From: a virus
Lineage: Duplodnaviria; Caudoviricetes
DNA: 53,229 nt
Virus record (IMG/VR): IMGVR_UViG_3300027690_000140
Span: 1-53,229 of that record
Strand: one strand, 5' to 3'
Positions 27,277 through 37,902 of the stretch are shown here, piece after piece. The position numbers were made by a program, and so were the translations under genes. Below the pieces are notes generated by a model. It was given only the letters and a program-made list of their open reading frames with translations, was not told the origin of the DNA and did no database searches. The first letter of the stretch is position 1. Each line of letters starts with the position of its first letter.

Positions 27277-28646
27277 TGAAAGGATTGATTTAAAAGTTCA
27301 GGTTCTTCTTTTTCTTCCTCCAGGTTTTCGAGTTCTTCCTCCGGATTTTCGACTAAGGGATTAAGCTTTACGGCTGTTCTTTGCGACATGATAGGTTCTC
27401 CACCAGTAGCCAGGGCGAGGTTTTCAATAGTTTCTTTAAGGTTAGAGGGCAAAGCATTTTCGAAGGTTACGTTGATTTCCATTTCTGTATAAAGGGATTC
27501 ATTTTTAGTGTCCAGTACTGCAAGAATAGCTTTTATGATATTATTCCGCCTGTCGAACATTTCTCCAAACAGTTCTTCCTTGACTCTGGCTTTCAGGATA
27601 GAATCAAAGAACATAAATTGCAGTACCACTCCGCTGACGTTACCTATACCTTTGACATTATTAAAGGATAAATCAGGGGTTGACGTCTGGGAGTAAATGA
27701 TATCCTTGAGCATCTCATATTCGACTTTAACTCCTTCCGGTGCCCTGTCCCAGGTCATATAGTCCACATCTCCGTATTCCACCCTTCCTTCATTCATCAC
27801 GGGTTTAAGGACAAATAGTTTTCCGACTTCTTCTTTGGTAGGAGCAGATGCAACTTCACCCTTTACTTTAACTGCCGGAGAACCAAAATAATCGTTTGTA
27901 TCTGCGTTCTTACTGATCAGCATTTCGGTACGGTCGATAATGGACTGCACAGATTCCCATTCTGCCTCTTTCTGGTTGTAATAAATGACAGGGATTTTTT
28001 TAATGAGGTTTGTCTCCGGCTTTACCTTCCATACTCCGTCCACCTTTTGCCCGAAGTAATTCATATCTACCGTATATACATCCCTGTATTCATATGTTTT
28101 GCTGTTTCTGGTGATCTTATACATCCTTAGAAATGCCGTCATATCTCCGTACTCATCCCAGACAGGATAAATTTCATCATTGTTCTCCCTGCATAACAAT
28201 ACGGCTTTGACTTTTTTGGTTTTTGGATGGATATAAAATAACTCCGCTACTTCAGTTTCAATAAATAGCCTTCTTGCAAGCCTTTTGGAGTGATAATAAA
28301 GTTTCGAGTCTTTCCAAAGTTTTGTGAATTTCTTATAAGCTTCGATGTACTTTTCTTCATTGTTTGCCAGCTGAAGGTTCACGTCTGACCCGAGAAGAAA
28401 AGCTACTGCTGCCTCTACGATCTTCCTTTGCTGGGGAATGATAAGCTTTGCTGTTTTAACGATAGTTTGCTTTTGCCCTTTCCCGATAATTTTATCCTCT
28501 CTTTGCAGGATTTCATGGACATTATCGTATTCATTTATCCATTTCTCGATTTTCTCCGCCTTCTCTGTATCTTTTGCGATAAGTAAATTCGTATACTTTT
28601 CAAAATTATGCAGTATAAAATCTTTTGTAGCATTCTGTGTTTCCAT
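27273..28646 (-). CDS. Portal protein (SPP1-like)
   Basis: KIPVIYY, DTNDYF.SP, TPDLSF and SGV motifs. Confidence 0.92.
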   Translation of the reverse strand: METQNATKDFILHNFEKYTNLLIAKDTEKAEKIEKWINEYDNVHEILQREDKIIGKGQKQTIVKTAKLIIPQQRKIVEAAVAFLLGSDVNLQLANNEEKYIEAYKKFTKLWKDSKLYYHSKRLARRLFIETEVAELFYIHPKTKKVKAVLLCRENNDEIYPVWDEYGDMTAFLRMYKITRNSKTYEYRDVYTVDMNYFGQKVDGVWKVKPETNLIKKIPVIYYNQKEAEWESVQSIIDRTEMLISKNADTNDYFGSPAVKVKGEVASAPTKEEVGKLFVLKPVMNEGRVEYGDVDYMTWDRAPEGVKVEYEMLKDIIYSQTSTPDLSFNNVKGIGNVSGVVLQFMFFDSILKARVKEELFGEMFDRRNNIIKAILAVLDTKNESLYTEMEINVTFENALPSNLKETIENLALATGGEPIMSQRTAVKLNPLVENPEEELENLEEEKEEPELLNQSFQ

Positions 28647-28656
28647 GATCGTATGT

Positions 28657-30240
28657 TTAAAATAATCCCAGTGCGTCTTTTGATTCTGCGGGTTGATCCT
28701 CTGTACCGTTCCACCATTCAGGGAAATAGGTTAATGAAAGAGCATCTGCGGTATCAGGAGACCTTCCCAACCGTTGTTTTATATCATCTTTATTTTCTAT
28801 GACTATGCGTCCGCTGCTGTCAATGGTGTATTGAATATCGCTCAGTTCCTGTGCAAGATTGTCATCCGGAGGCAAAGCAAGGTCAATCCGGTTTGCGGGA
28901 TTTAATGCATCCCTTACCGCCCAGAACATATATGCTCTCATGTTGGAAAATTTTCTGACTTCGGTTATATCCGTTAATCCCCTTGCTCCGAATGAAGACT
29001 TTGCAGATACCACGTTATGGATGTTTTGCTCCCTGAGCCGTGAATACACTCCTGCGCCTTCTCCAATAGTATCTATAAATGCCAGTCCTCCGTATTGCCG
29101 GAGAATAGTAAGGATTTTTCCTGCCTGCTCCATGTGAATGGTGGCGTGTTTCTTTGCCATAGGAGGGTATTCAATCTTGCTGACAAAGTTCCCGAAGCGG
29201 TAAGCGTAAACGGTTCTGTCCCTTCCCATACCGGATATATCTGCACCGAGCCTGAGTTTTTCTTCGGGATGAAAACCGGATGCTGTGATATCCTGCCAGC
29301 GTGCCTGAGAGGCTTCAATCCATGCAAGGGGAACAAGCGTTCCTTCCGATTCTTCCGGAAATTCCCCGAGGACTTTTACCCTGAAAAGATTTCCCGGCCT
29401 GTACCATTTTCCTTCCCATTGAAAATCAAACATGCCCTCGTTAACTTCTTCCTCTCTGATCTCAGCGACCCAACCGGGCTTTTTGATCTTTTCATCAATC
29501 CAGTCATAGTCCACCTGCCCGGGAATGTACCTTTTTTTGTATTCTTCTTTGGTTATTCCTCCGTTCAATAACAGGCTTTTATTAACGACATTCGGTGCGT
29601 TCAAGTCATTTAACCGGAATTTTTTATATAAGGGTGATCTTTGGCTCTGATATGCCTCTCCGGAAAGGTTATTGGGATTGAATACGATTAACAGGCGGGA
29701 ATTGCCCTGCAGGATACCTTCGATAGCATCAAACGTGCCCTGGCTGATACCGGAGGCTTCTGTAACCACTACCATGATATTGGCAGCGTGTAATCCTGAC
29801 CAGGATTCCTGATTGTCGTCAGCAGCCTTAAATCCTGTAAGAAACCAGTCCTTATACTTGTCAAAACGTATTCCGTCTGACATAAGGTTTCCGGGTAAGC
29901 CTCTTGCTTTGTTAAATAGTTTGGTAACTTCAGGTATCATTATGTTTCGAATCTGCCTCCCGGTGGGCGCTGTCATTGCAACTTTAGTGGACTCTACAAG
30001 TTCGCTTCCTTTCCATTTGGGAGTGAGATAGAGAAAACAAATACAGGCTACAGCAGCAACATAATCTTTCCCCCTGGCTGTCCCTGACCTTACGGAAACT
30101 CTCCTCTGATGCTGTACTGCTTTTAGAATTTCTTCCTGATCCGGGTCAAGGTTTGCCCTTAAAGCCTGCTTGGCAAAAAGACACCAGTCATTCTGCCAAC
30201 GATGCCATTGTTTGATAATATGAGGCTGAATAATACTCAT
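28657..30240 (-). CDS. terL: Terminase large subunit
   Basis: Walker A SGTARGKD; nuclease GADISGMGRD and SPD.ADAL motifs. Confidence 0.93.
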   Translation of the reverse strand: MSIIQPHIIKQWHRWQNDWCLFAKQALRANLDPDQEEILKAVQHQRRVSVRSGTARGKDYVAAVACICFLYLTPKWKGSELVESTKVAMTAPTGRQIRNIMIPEVTKLFNKARGLPGNLMSDGIRFDKYKDWFLTGFKAADDNQESWSGLHAANIMVVVTEASGISQGTFDAIEGILQGNSRLLIVFNPNNLSGEAYQSQRSPLYKKFRLNDLNAPNVVNKSLLLNGGITKEEYKKRYIPGQVDYDWIDEKIKKPGWVAEIREEEVNEGMFDFQWEGKWYRPGNLFRVKVLGEFPEESEGTLVPLAWIEASQARWQDITASGFHPEEKLRLGADISGMGRDRTVYAYRFGNFVSKIEYPPMAKKHATIHMEQAGKILTILRQYGGLAFIDTIGEGAGVYSRLREQNIHNVVSAKSSFGARGLTDITEVRKFSNMRAYMFWAVRDALNPANRIDLALPPDDNLAQELSDIQYTIDSSGRIVIENKDDIKQRLGRSPDTADALSLTYFPEWWNGTEDQPAESKDALGLF

Positions 30241-30593
30241 TCCTCTGTCTGTGATGCTTCCATCATGACATCCAGTAAGCTGAACCGTGCATTCACATCC
30301 ATTTCAGACTTTTCAATGTATCCCCTGTGCTTTGCTTTGCATTTGAGGAAAAAGAATATCGATGCTTCCTTGCCGTCCCTGATATTCCTGAGTAAAGCAG
30401 TTTCAGCTAAGTCAATATTCAATTCGTCCACTTCCTCGATTTTATCCTTGAAGTCAGGATATTTCTTAAGCCATTCGTAGAACGTTTTCCTTGATACCCC
30501 GATTTTCTCGCAGGTAATACTCACGTTCCCAAAAGAATTTTTGTACACCGTGACTGCCTGCTCCATCTTTTTTGCGTTAACATGCCGACCCAT
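30237..30593 (-). CDS. terS: Terminase small subunit (HTH)
   Basis: HTH (GVSRKTFYEW) and IFFFLK...RGY.E; overlaps terL. Confidence 0.85.
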   Translation of the reverse strand: MGRHVNAKKMEQAVTVYKNSFGNVSITCEKIGVSRKTFYEWLKKYPDFKDKIEEVDELNIDLAETALLRNIRDGKEASIFFFLKCKAKHRGYIEKSEMDVNARFSLLDVMMEASQTEE

Positions 30594-30611
30594 TTTTAAA
30601 ATGTTTCATTT

Positions 30612-30648
30612 GATACTAATTAGTATATTTTCTTATGTATCAAAAATA
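30612..30648 (-). promoter_or_regulatory. Late promoter -7 box TATTTTTG (30641-30648) with palindromic box GATACTAATTAGTATA (30612-30627) just downstream
   Basis: TAnnTTTG match; the box matches the TATAC-N6-GTATA family. Confidence 0.55.
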
Positions 30649-30886
30649 CGGCATCACCAGCTGAGAATGATTTTGTTTTGGAGAGTTGTATTCACGGAAA
30701 AGAGTGAGTAATAAACATAAAATGAGAGCAACAATATAAGATTTTTGAGAAAGGCAATTTGATAAAATGTTTGAGGATTAATTAAATGTTTTCTAAATTT
30801 AATGCTAATATTTTTTAGCATTGATTTAAAGTGCAATTAATCAGCACTTTATTCATTCTTTAAATTTAATTTATTGGATATTTATC

Positions 30887-33427
30887 ATGGTTTTTAGTAT
30901 TAGTCCTCTTCCCAACACGGTATGGGAAACATTATTTGATACATCTAATGTATGGAAGTTAATTGTCAGTAATAAAGACGAAATAACTTATACATCTAAA
31001 AACTGTGAAAATTTCATTGGAGTAACAGCTGATGAAATTGTTAAAAATCCAAGGTTGATATGGCATGCTATTGATAGAAACCATAGAAAAAAGGTAAAAA
31101 AATTTAGTACAAAAAGAAAAAACAATAACACAGATATTCTCAATATTGAGTTTAAGATTCATACTCCTGATGGTTCTGAAAAGTGGTTGTCATCTGATAG
31201 CCAACCTGTATTTTCTCCGGAGGGCATTCATATTGGTTATCGTCTCAATATTAGAGATATAACTGAATTAATGAAGGAAAAGCTCTGTCTAAAGAAATTA
31301 ATTAAACAACAAAATGTACTTGTATTAGTAACCCAAATAGCTGCAAGTACCGATCCATTTAATACCCGTATAGAGTCTATTCTTAAGATAATTGGTAATT
31401 ATACAGGGGTATCACGGGTTTATATTTTTGAGAATAGCAATGACGGTAAGGTTACCTCAAATACATATGAGTGGTGCCGTAAAGGAATAACTTCTCAGAA
31501 AAACAATTTGCAAAATATTTCCTATTCAATAATTCCTTCATGGGTGAAAATCTTATCCAAAAAAGGTATTATTATGACTTCTGATATTAAGACTCTTCCT
31601 GCTGATATTTATAATGTTTTAAATCCCCAGGGAATTAAATCAATATTAGTGATACCGCTTAATTTTCAAGATCATCAGTTAGGATTTATTGGTTTTGATG
31701 AATGTAAACGCCAAAGGATTTGGGAAAATGATGAGATAAACTTACTAAAAACAGTATGTAATACAATTACAAATGTTTTTTACAGGAATACATACGAAAA
31801 GGAGCTGGAGCAGGCTAAAAATAATTTACAAAACTTACTGAATAGAAAAATATCTGAACTTCACAGGAGTGAAAATTATTTTAAAGCGCTCATTGAAACC
31901 CAACAAGACCTTATCTGCCGATGGCTTCCGGACACTACGCTGACTTATGTCAATGATGCATACTGTAAATTCTTTAATGTTAAGGATGAAGAAATAATTG
32001 GTAGAAAATGGATTGATTTTATTGAAAGTGATTCACGATCTCATATTGAGCCCATTATTAAGAATATTTTTAAAACCGGAAATCCAGCTACATATGAACA
32101 TACTGCAATAAATTTTAAAGGAGAAGTGCGTTGGCATCAATGGATTGATACTCCATTAAAGAATCAGGACGGTGTCATCACTGAGTTGCAATCTACGGGC
32201 AGAGACGTAACCGATAAAATTAATTATGAGACAGGTCTGACAAAGGCAAAAGAGAAGATGGAAGAACTGGACAGAACCAAACTGGAATTTCTCCGGCTTG
32301 TTTCACATGAATTACGTACTCCCTTAAACGCAATTCTTGGTTTTAGCGAGCTGATTAAAACCACTACTGATATTGAACTAATAAGCACTTTCAGTTCTTA
32401 TATATATGAGAGCGGGAAAACCTTATTCAAGATGATAGAAGATATGTTAACATTAACAAATCTTCAAAGTGGAAATACACCGGTTACTTTTGAGGAAATA
32501 GAACTGCTTCCCTTATTAAAAGAGCTTTACGAAAAATTTGACAATAACCTGATAAAATTAGAGAAACCGGTATCCTTAAAACTCAAACATTATATTAAAC
32601 CTGGTTTTAAAATTATTGTTGATAAAGGGAAATTGGAATTTATATTGACAAAGTTGTTAGACAATGCCCTTGTATTTTGTGACAAAGGTCTTATTCAGTT
32701 TGGTTCCAGGATAAAAAAAGATAATATTCTATTTTATGTAAAAGATGAAGGAATAGGAATATCAGAAGAAAATCAGAAAAATATTTTTCAGGATTTCAAA
32801 AAGATAAACTCGCAAAACAGGTCTTTCCATGAGGGACTTGGAGTAAGCTTATATATATCAAAAGAGTTAGTCGAGTTAATGGGCGGTCACATCTGGGTGG
32901 ATTCAAAAATTAATATAGGATCGACTTTTTATTTTACTTTACCATTACAAAAAGGAGAAAGGAATATAACCTATTCGATATTAAAAGAAATAGCCATTCC
33001 GGAAGAAGATAAAATAATACCTGATTTAAAAGGCAGAAAAATCTTAGTTGTAGATGATACTGAGTCGAATCTGAAGTATTTAGTAGAAGCTATTAAAGAG
33101 ACCAAAGCATCCATTCTATGGGCAAGAAATGGAGCAGAATGTCTGAATATTTTCAGATCAAACAGGGATATTGACTGTGTTCTGATGGATATTCTCATGC
33201 CAGAGATGGATGGATACGAAGCATGTTTGCAGATACGAAAACTAAATGATGAAGTTCCTATTATAGCTCAAACTGCATATGGTTTGGACGATGAAGTAAA
33301 AATGGTGATCGACTCAAACAACTTTACAGATTATTTGATCAAACCTGTTTGGAAACATGAATTATTCCGGAAATTAAAGAAGCATCTTTTAAAATCGCAA
33401 CCTGTAAATTATAATGAGAGAAGGTAA
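30887..33427 (+). CDS. Hybrid sensor histidine kinase (PAS-GAF-PAS-HisKA-HATPase-REC)
   Basis: SHELRTPLN H-box, DEGIGI, GLGVSL, VVDD/LMDILMPEMDG/KP receiver motifs. Confidence 0.95.
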   Translation: MVFSISPLPNTVWETLFDTSNVWKLIVSNKDEITYTSKNCENFIGVTADEIVKNPRLIWHAIDRNHRKKVKKFSTKRKNNNTDILNIEFKIHTPDGSEKWLSSDSQPVFSPEGIHIGYRLNIRDITELMKEKLCLKKLIKQQNVLVLVTQIAASTDPFNTRIESILKIIGNYTGVSRVYIFENSNDGKVTSNTYEWCRKGITSQKNNLQNISYSIIPSWVKILSKKGIIMTSDIKTLPADIYNVLNPQGIKSILVIPLNFQDHQLGFIGFDECKRQRIWENDEINLLKTVCNTITNVFYRNTYEKELEQAKNNLQNLLNRKISELHRSENYFKALIETQQDLICRWLPDTTLTYVNDAYCKFFNVKDEEIIGRKWIDFIESDSRSHIEPIIKNIFKTGNPATYEHTAINFKGEVRWHQWIDTPLKNQDGVITELQSTGRDVTDKINYETGLTKAKEKMEELDRTKLEFLRLVSHELRTPLNAILGFSELIKTTTDIELISTFSSYIYESGKTLFKMIEDMLTLTNLQSGNTPVTFEEIELLPLLKELYEKFDNNLIKLEKPVSLKLKHYIKPGFKIIVDKGKLEFILTKLLDNALVFCDKGLIQFGSRIKKDNILFYVKDEGIGISEENQKNIFQDFKKINSQNRSFHEGLGVSLYISKELVELMGGHIWVDSKINIGSTFYFTLPLQKGERNITYSILKEIAIPEEDKIIPDLKGRKILVVDDTESNLKYLVEAIKETKASILWARNGAECLNIFRSNRDIDCVLMDILMPEMDGYEACLQIRKLNDEVPIIAQTAYGLDDEVKMVIDSNNFTDYLIKPVWKHELFRKLKKHLLKSQPVNYNERR

Positions 33428-33539
33428 AAGTTAGAATGGAATTTCTACGTTTGTGGAGATAATTTCATAATGTTTGAGAGTATTAAAAATGTTTTTTACT
33501 TTTATTTGACAATATTAAGTTCGTCTTATTATAAATATT

Positions 33540-34301
33540 ATGTCATCTACAACAATTACAGGAAATATCAAGAAAATTGCATTTGAAGTTTTGGAAAGCA
33601 CGCCTGAAGGAATTCGTTATTCTGAATTAGCAAGAAAAATTCTTGAACATGGAGATTTTAACAAGAATACTATAAGCGGAGCAACCTGGGATTTAGATAT
33701 TCAGTTTCCTGACAAAGTCTATAAACCTGATAGAGGTGTGTTCCGATTACTGAAATTCAAGGAGAATATTATAACCCAACCTGACCAACAAATATCACCA
33801 ACTGTAAAGACAGGTAAGAAGAAAACAATTAAAGAGGAAGAGTTTTACAAACCTTTTGCAGATTGGCTGGTAAATGAACTTGAAGAGTGCACAAATGCTA
33901 TTGAGCTTGGTGGAAATATTTTCCGTGATAAATGGGGCACACCTGACGTTATAGGAATAAGGGAATCTAAACGGAGTGATATTGTGCAATTTCCAACTGA
34001 GATAATCTCTGGTGAAATAAAAATTGATTCCAATGGATTGATAACTGCATTTGGACAAGCTTGTGCTTATAAAATCTTTTCCCATAAATCTTATATTGTT
34101 GTGCCAAATGATTCGCAAATTGAAGATATTACAAGACTTGACACACTTTGCAGGCAATTTGGGATTGGTTTAATACTTTTTGATTGTCATAATCCGGAAG
34201 ATCCAAATTTTGAGATTAGAGCGAGGGCTGTAAAACATGAACCTGATATGTTTTTTGTAAATAAAAACCTTAAAATTATTGAAGATAGATTGTTCAAGTA
34301 G
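33540..34301 (+). CDS. Winged-helix + PD-(D/E)XK nuclease (HrgA/COG2958-like)
   Basis: N-terminal HTH; KWGTPDVIG...EIK...FGQA...FGIG. Confidence 0.65.
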   Translation: MSSTTITGNIKKIAFEVLESTPEGIRYSELARKILEHGDFNKNTISGATWDLDIQFPDKVYKPDRGVFRLLKFKENIITQPDQQISPTVKTGKKKTIKEEEFYKPFADWLVNELEECTNAIELGGNIFRDKWGTPDVIGIRESKRSDIVQFPTEIISGEIKIDSNGLITAFGQACAYKIFSHKSYIVVPNDSQIEDITRLDTLCRQFGIGLILFDCHNPEDPNFEIRARAVKHEPDMFFVNKNLKIIEDRLFK

Positions 34302-34351
34302 GAACTCTAATAAATTTCAATACAAACTTTCAATTATCCTTTTAATATTAT

Positions 34352-35380
34352 ATGAACAAAGTATTCTTAATTGGAAATGGTTTTGATTTGGCCCATGGTC
34401 TTAAAACAAAATATTCTGATTTTATTTTATGGTACTTCAATGAAGCAATTCAATCATTTAAATCAAGAAAATCAAACGTTTTTGATGATGATTTAATTAC
34501 AATTCAAAATGATGGATATACTACTCCTATAATAGATACTATTGAACAACTCAATGAATTAACAAATAATAAATTAGTAGTTATCAATTTTAAACATTAT
34601 TTTTTTAGGGATTTTGTTAGAAAATTAGAAGGTTTAAGATGGGTAGATATTGAATATCAATATTATCTTGAATTAATAAAAGTATATAAATATAGTCACA
34701 ATGATGATACAGAGCCTGGTGTTTCAATGGAATTGATAAACTTAAACAATTGTTTTAATTCGGTAAAGAAAAAACTAATTGAATATCTCGAAACTATTGA
34801 AATTTCATGGAAAATTGTAAAACCACAAATTCAAGAACACTTACATAATGAATTAATAAAAAATAGTACAAATAGTCACAACCTTTTCATAATTTTTAAT
34901 TACACAAATACCATTAAGTTATATCAAAATTATCTAAATGATGTTCCTCATCAAATAGTATATATTCATGGTAGATTAGGTAATGAAAAAAATCCTATAA
35001 TTTTTGGTTATGGAGATGAAATGGACGAGTATTATAGTAAATTGGAAAGATTAAATATAAATCAGTATTTGAATAATATCAAATCATTTAGTTATTCATT
35101 AACTACTAACTATCAAGATTGTATTCTTTTTTTAGCTTCCCGTCCTTATTCAGTCAGTATAATGGGGCATTCCTGTGGCATATCAGATAGGTTGTTATTA
35201 AATACTATTTTTACTGATGATCATTGTGAGGAAATTAAAATATATTATTATCAAAAAAATGATTCGGAAAATGATTATTTTGAAAAAAATCAGGAAATAT
35301 CCAGACATTTTCCACCTGAAAAAAAAGCCAGGATGAGAGAAATAATAAAACCTCTTCCTTTATCACTTCCTTTAACATAG
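34352..35380 (+). CDS. abiH: AbiH family abortive infection protein
   Basis: IGNGFDLAHGLKT.Y.DF, FNYT, IHG and GHS motifs. Confidence 0.9.
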   Translation: MNKVFLIGNGFDLAHGLKTKYSDFILWYFNEAIQSFKSRKSNVFDDDLITIQNDGYTTPIIDTIEQLNELTNNKLVVINFKHYFFRDFVRKLEGLRWVDIEYQYYLELIKVYKYSHNDDTEPGVSMELINLNNCFNSVKKKLIEYLETIEISWKIVKPQIQEHLHNELIKNSTNSHNLFIIFNYTNTIKLYQNYLNDVPHQIVYIHGRLGNEKNPIIFGYGDEMDEYYSKLERLNINQYLNNIKSFSYSLTTNYQDCILFLASRPYSVSIMGHSCGISDRLLLNTIFTDDHCEEIKIYYYQKNDSENDYFEKNQEISRHFPPEKKARMREIIKPLPLSLPLT

Positions 35381-35637
35381 AAACATAAAAAAATCTAATC
35401 CATACGCTGATTTTCCCCTCCTTTTGCTATTAACCAGAAAAAAACCATGAAAAAAATCAGACAGACAGAAAAAATTCCGGTAAAAAGAATTGATTATTCA
35501 ACACTAACTGAGGATGAAAAGAGGTTGCTGGAGGTGGTGAAAAGGGTGGTGGGGGAGTATTTTAGTGCAAGTTAAGTTTAAAACTATCTTATATATCCTT
35601 AAAAAAATCAATATGTAAGGGTAATTATTATTTAGAC

Positions 35638-37902
35638 CTATTTTTTAGCACTAATAATTTCAAACACTCTATTAAAAACATCAACCTCTGTCTTTAATTT
35701 ATCCTGAAATTTATAGTTGTGATTTTTTATCATTCCTTTAATACTAAAATATTCAGATTGTTCATTTATTGCTTCCAATTCTTCTCGTCTTGCTAAATAG
35801 TTAATCCAAAATTCCTTTAATGCTATGTCATCAAAAGAACCAATTGTATTTTTAAAAAGAAATTCTATGTCTTTTATTGTAAATCTATTTTCAAGATTTT
35901 TTAGATTTAAGTAAGCAATGATAATTACTGAAATTAAAAGAATTCTAATATTATGAAGAGCATGTGCATCCTTAAGCATGTCCTCTGATGCACTTCGTTT
36001 ATTTGAATACATCAATGCTATTACTGCACTCATAGCCTTCTTAACTAAGTGATGACTTGCTTCAATTGTAATTGAATTTTCGATAGCTTGTCTTATAGAA
36101 TTTGGGTTAATAAAATTATCTTCACTTGGAGATTTAATTTCTGCTGGCATAACAAATGGTTCGACTACTATAGCATCATATCTCCATTGTGTGTCTCCAG
36201 TTTTACCTGTTTTTGCTTTTAAACCTAAAGTTCTTAAAAGATTACGCACTAAGGGATAAAATTCTTCCTTTTTTAATTTTTGTATTTTAATGAAAAACTT
36301 GTTAAGTATATCAATCATCACATCATTGTCAAGCATATATGAGAGTTCAACTTTTAATCCATCGAAATACATCATAGCATCCGATACTGTTGATCTTTTT
36401 ACAATTAGGTTTCTCTTTGATAACTGCTGACTTATTGAAAGGACTCCATTCACATAATTAATTGCTCCAAACTTGCATCGTGTAATACAAATTCCGCAAT
36501 CGACACATTTGTTATAGTCAAGTTCTGGAAATAAGTTACAATTAAAACTTATTGCATTTACTGGACAAACTTGTACGGCATTTTTATCTGGAATTTCCTG
36601 ATGAGTTTTTTCGCTACATATTAATTCTTCTTGAGAATATTCATAGCACCTCGCTGGGCGACAGTTTACACAACTAAAAGCAGTCTTTGATTTCCATAAT
36701 GGATTAGTATTTAAACTTGCAAAAATGTTAACTTTTTTATTTTCCCAGGTGTAGTACTCAACTTCCTCGTTTTTACTAAAATATGGATATAACAACATCA
36801 TATTGCATTGCGAATTTAAATTATCCAGATACGTTTCAAATTCCTCTATTTCATCACTTAATAATATATGATAAGGGAAAGTAAAAAATAACTTTTCTTT
36901 TTCATATCTTTTCGGGAATTTGTTTGAAAAATAATTTTCTGCTCTTAATGATGTTTGGTAAAAATCTGTCAATGATTTTAAAGCAATGTAAAATCTAACT
37001 TCTTTACCTTCCTCCTCTACATCTTTAAATTTAATATTTTCTTTTTTTGGAAAATCATGCATAAAAATACTTCCGTTATCTCCAATTGTGTATATTTCAG
37101 TATTGGGTGAAGGCTTCATTCCGTTTATAAACTTATTATTATCTTTAAGATATGCTTTTAATTCAGGAACATCACTCAATTTTGCTTTTCTTAATAGATT
37201 AAAAGATTTGAAAAATGCAATAGGAATTCTTGTGTAATTATTTGCTGTATTTTCAGTAATGCCACTACTTTTAAGGATTTTTATTTTATATTTTTGAAAT
37301 AAATCTTTTTTCTTTCTTGCTAATAATATTTCATCTGCAGTAAACTTTAGTGATTCATAGTTATCATTTTTTAAGGATAAAATAAAATAATTGAATTCAT
37401 CTTTTGTAATGAAATTTTCTATTAAATGCAGAATTCTGAGGACAGCTAAAAATGGTTTTACAGATAGATCCTCATTGGCTATAATTTGTGGATGCCTGTA
37501 ATTAATATTTAAAAAAGAATACGATAGTAACTTTAAAATTTCATTTTTATAATCGTCTCTTGAAGTTGAAATAAAGGAAGATACATACTTTCCAAATTTT
37601 GTTATTCTAAAGGTGTGTTGATTATTCACCGAAATTATTAGACCAAGCAATCTTAATACCTCAGATAATGATTTTGATTGATTGAATACTGCATCTAAAC
37701 TTTTATTTTCCCTGAAACTTGCTTCAATTGCTTTTGATCCGAATGCTTTTTGAGAAGATATATTACCAATCCGAGTTAAATTATTTGAAATGTCATCAAA
37801 ATTAAAATTGGTTAAACCGCTTTGTTCAACCATTGTATTAATGACAGATATAATTTTGATATATTCCTGTATATCTGACTTAGGATTTGGTAATCTTATC
37901 AT
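35638..37902 (-). CDS. Putative type IIS-like restriction endonuclease with an internal 4Fe-4S ferredoxin domain
   Basis: CVNCRPARC...CPVNAI and CVDCGICITRCKFGAI; C-terminal YDA...EIK; downstream of two methyltransferases. Confidence 0.75.
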   Translation of the reverse strand: MIRLPNPKSDIQEYIKIISVINTMVEQSGLTNFNFDDISNNLTRIGNISSQKAFGSKAIEASFRENKSLDAVFNQSKSLSEVLRLLGLIISVNNQHTFRITKFGKYVSSFISTSRDDYKNEILKLLSYSFLNINYRHPQIIANEDLSVKPFLAVLRILHLIENFITKDEFNYFILSLKNDNYESLKFTADEILLARKKKDLFQKYKIKILKSSGITENTANNYTRIPIAFFKSFNLLRKAKLSDVPELKAYLKDNNKFINGMKPSPNTEIYTIGDNGSIFMHDFPKKENIKFKDVEEEGKEVRFYIALKSLTDFYQTSLRAENYFSNKFPKRYEKEKLFFTFPYHILLSDEIEEFETYLDNLNSQCNMMLLYPYFSKNEEVEYYTWENKKVNIFASLNTNPLWKSKTAFSCVNCRPARCYEYSQEELICSEKTHQEIPDKNAVQVCPVNAISFNCNLFPELDYNKCVDCGICITRCKFGAINYVNGVLSISQQLSKRNLIVKRSTVSDAMMYFDGLKVELSYMLDNDVMIDILNKFFIKIQKLKKEEFYPLVRNLLRTLGLKAKTGKTGDTQWRYDAIVVEPFVMPAEIKSPSEDNFINPNSIRQAIENSITIEASHHLVKKAMSAVIALMYSNKRSASEDMLKDAHALHNIRILLISVIIIAYLNLKNLENRFTIKDIEFLFKNTIGSFDDIALKEFWINYLARREELEAINEQSEYFSIKGMIKNHNYKFQDKLKTEVDVFNRVFEIISAKK

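Noticed and set aside
12972-30480. Numerous plus-strand ORFs overlapping structural genes (also across 43-52 kb)
   Set aside because: Antisense shadows of well-supported minus-strand genes with no recognisable motifs
35447-35575. 42-aa plus-strand ORF after abiH (MKKIRQTEKIPVKRIDYSTL…)
   Set aside because: Plausible leader but no recognisable family; possibly a gene remnant
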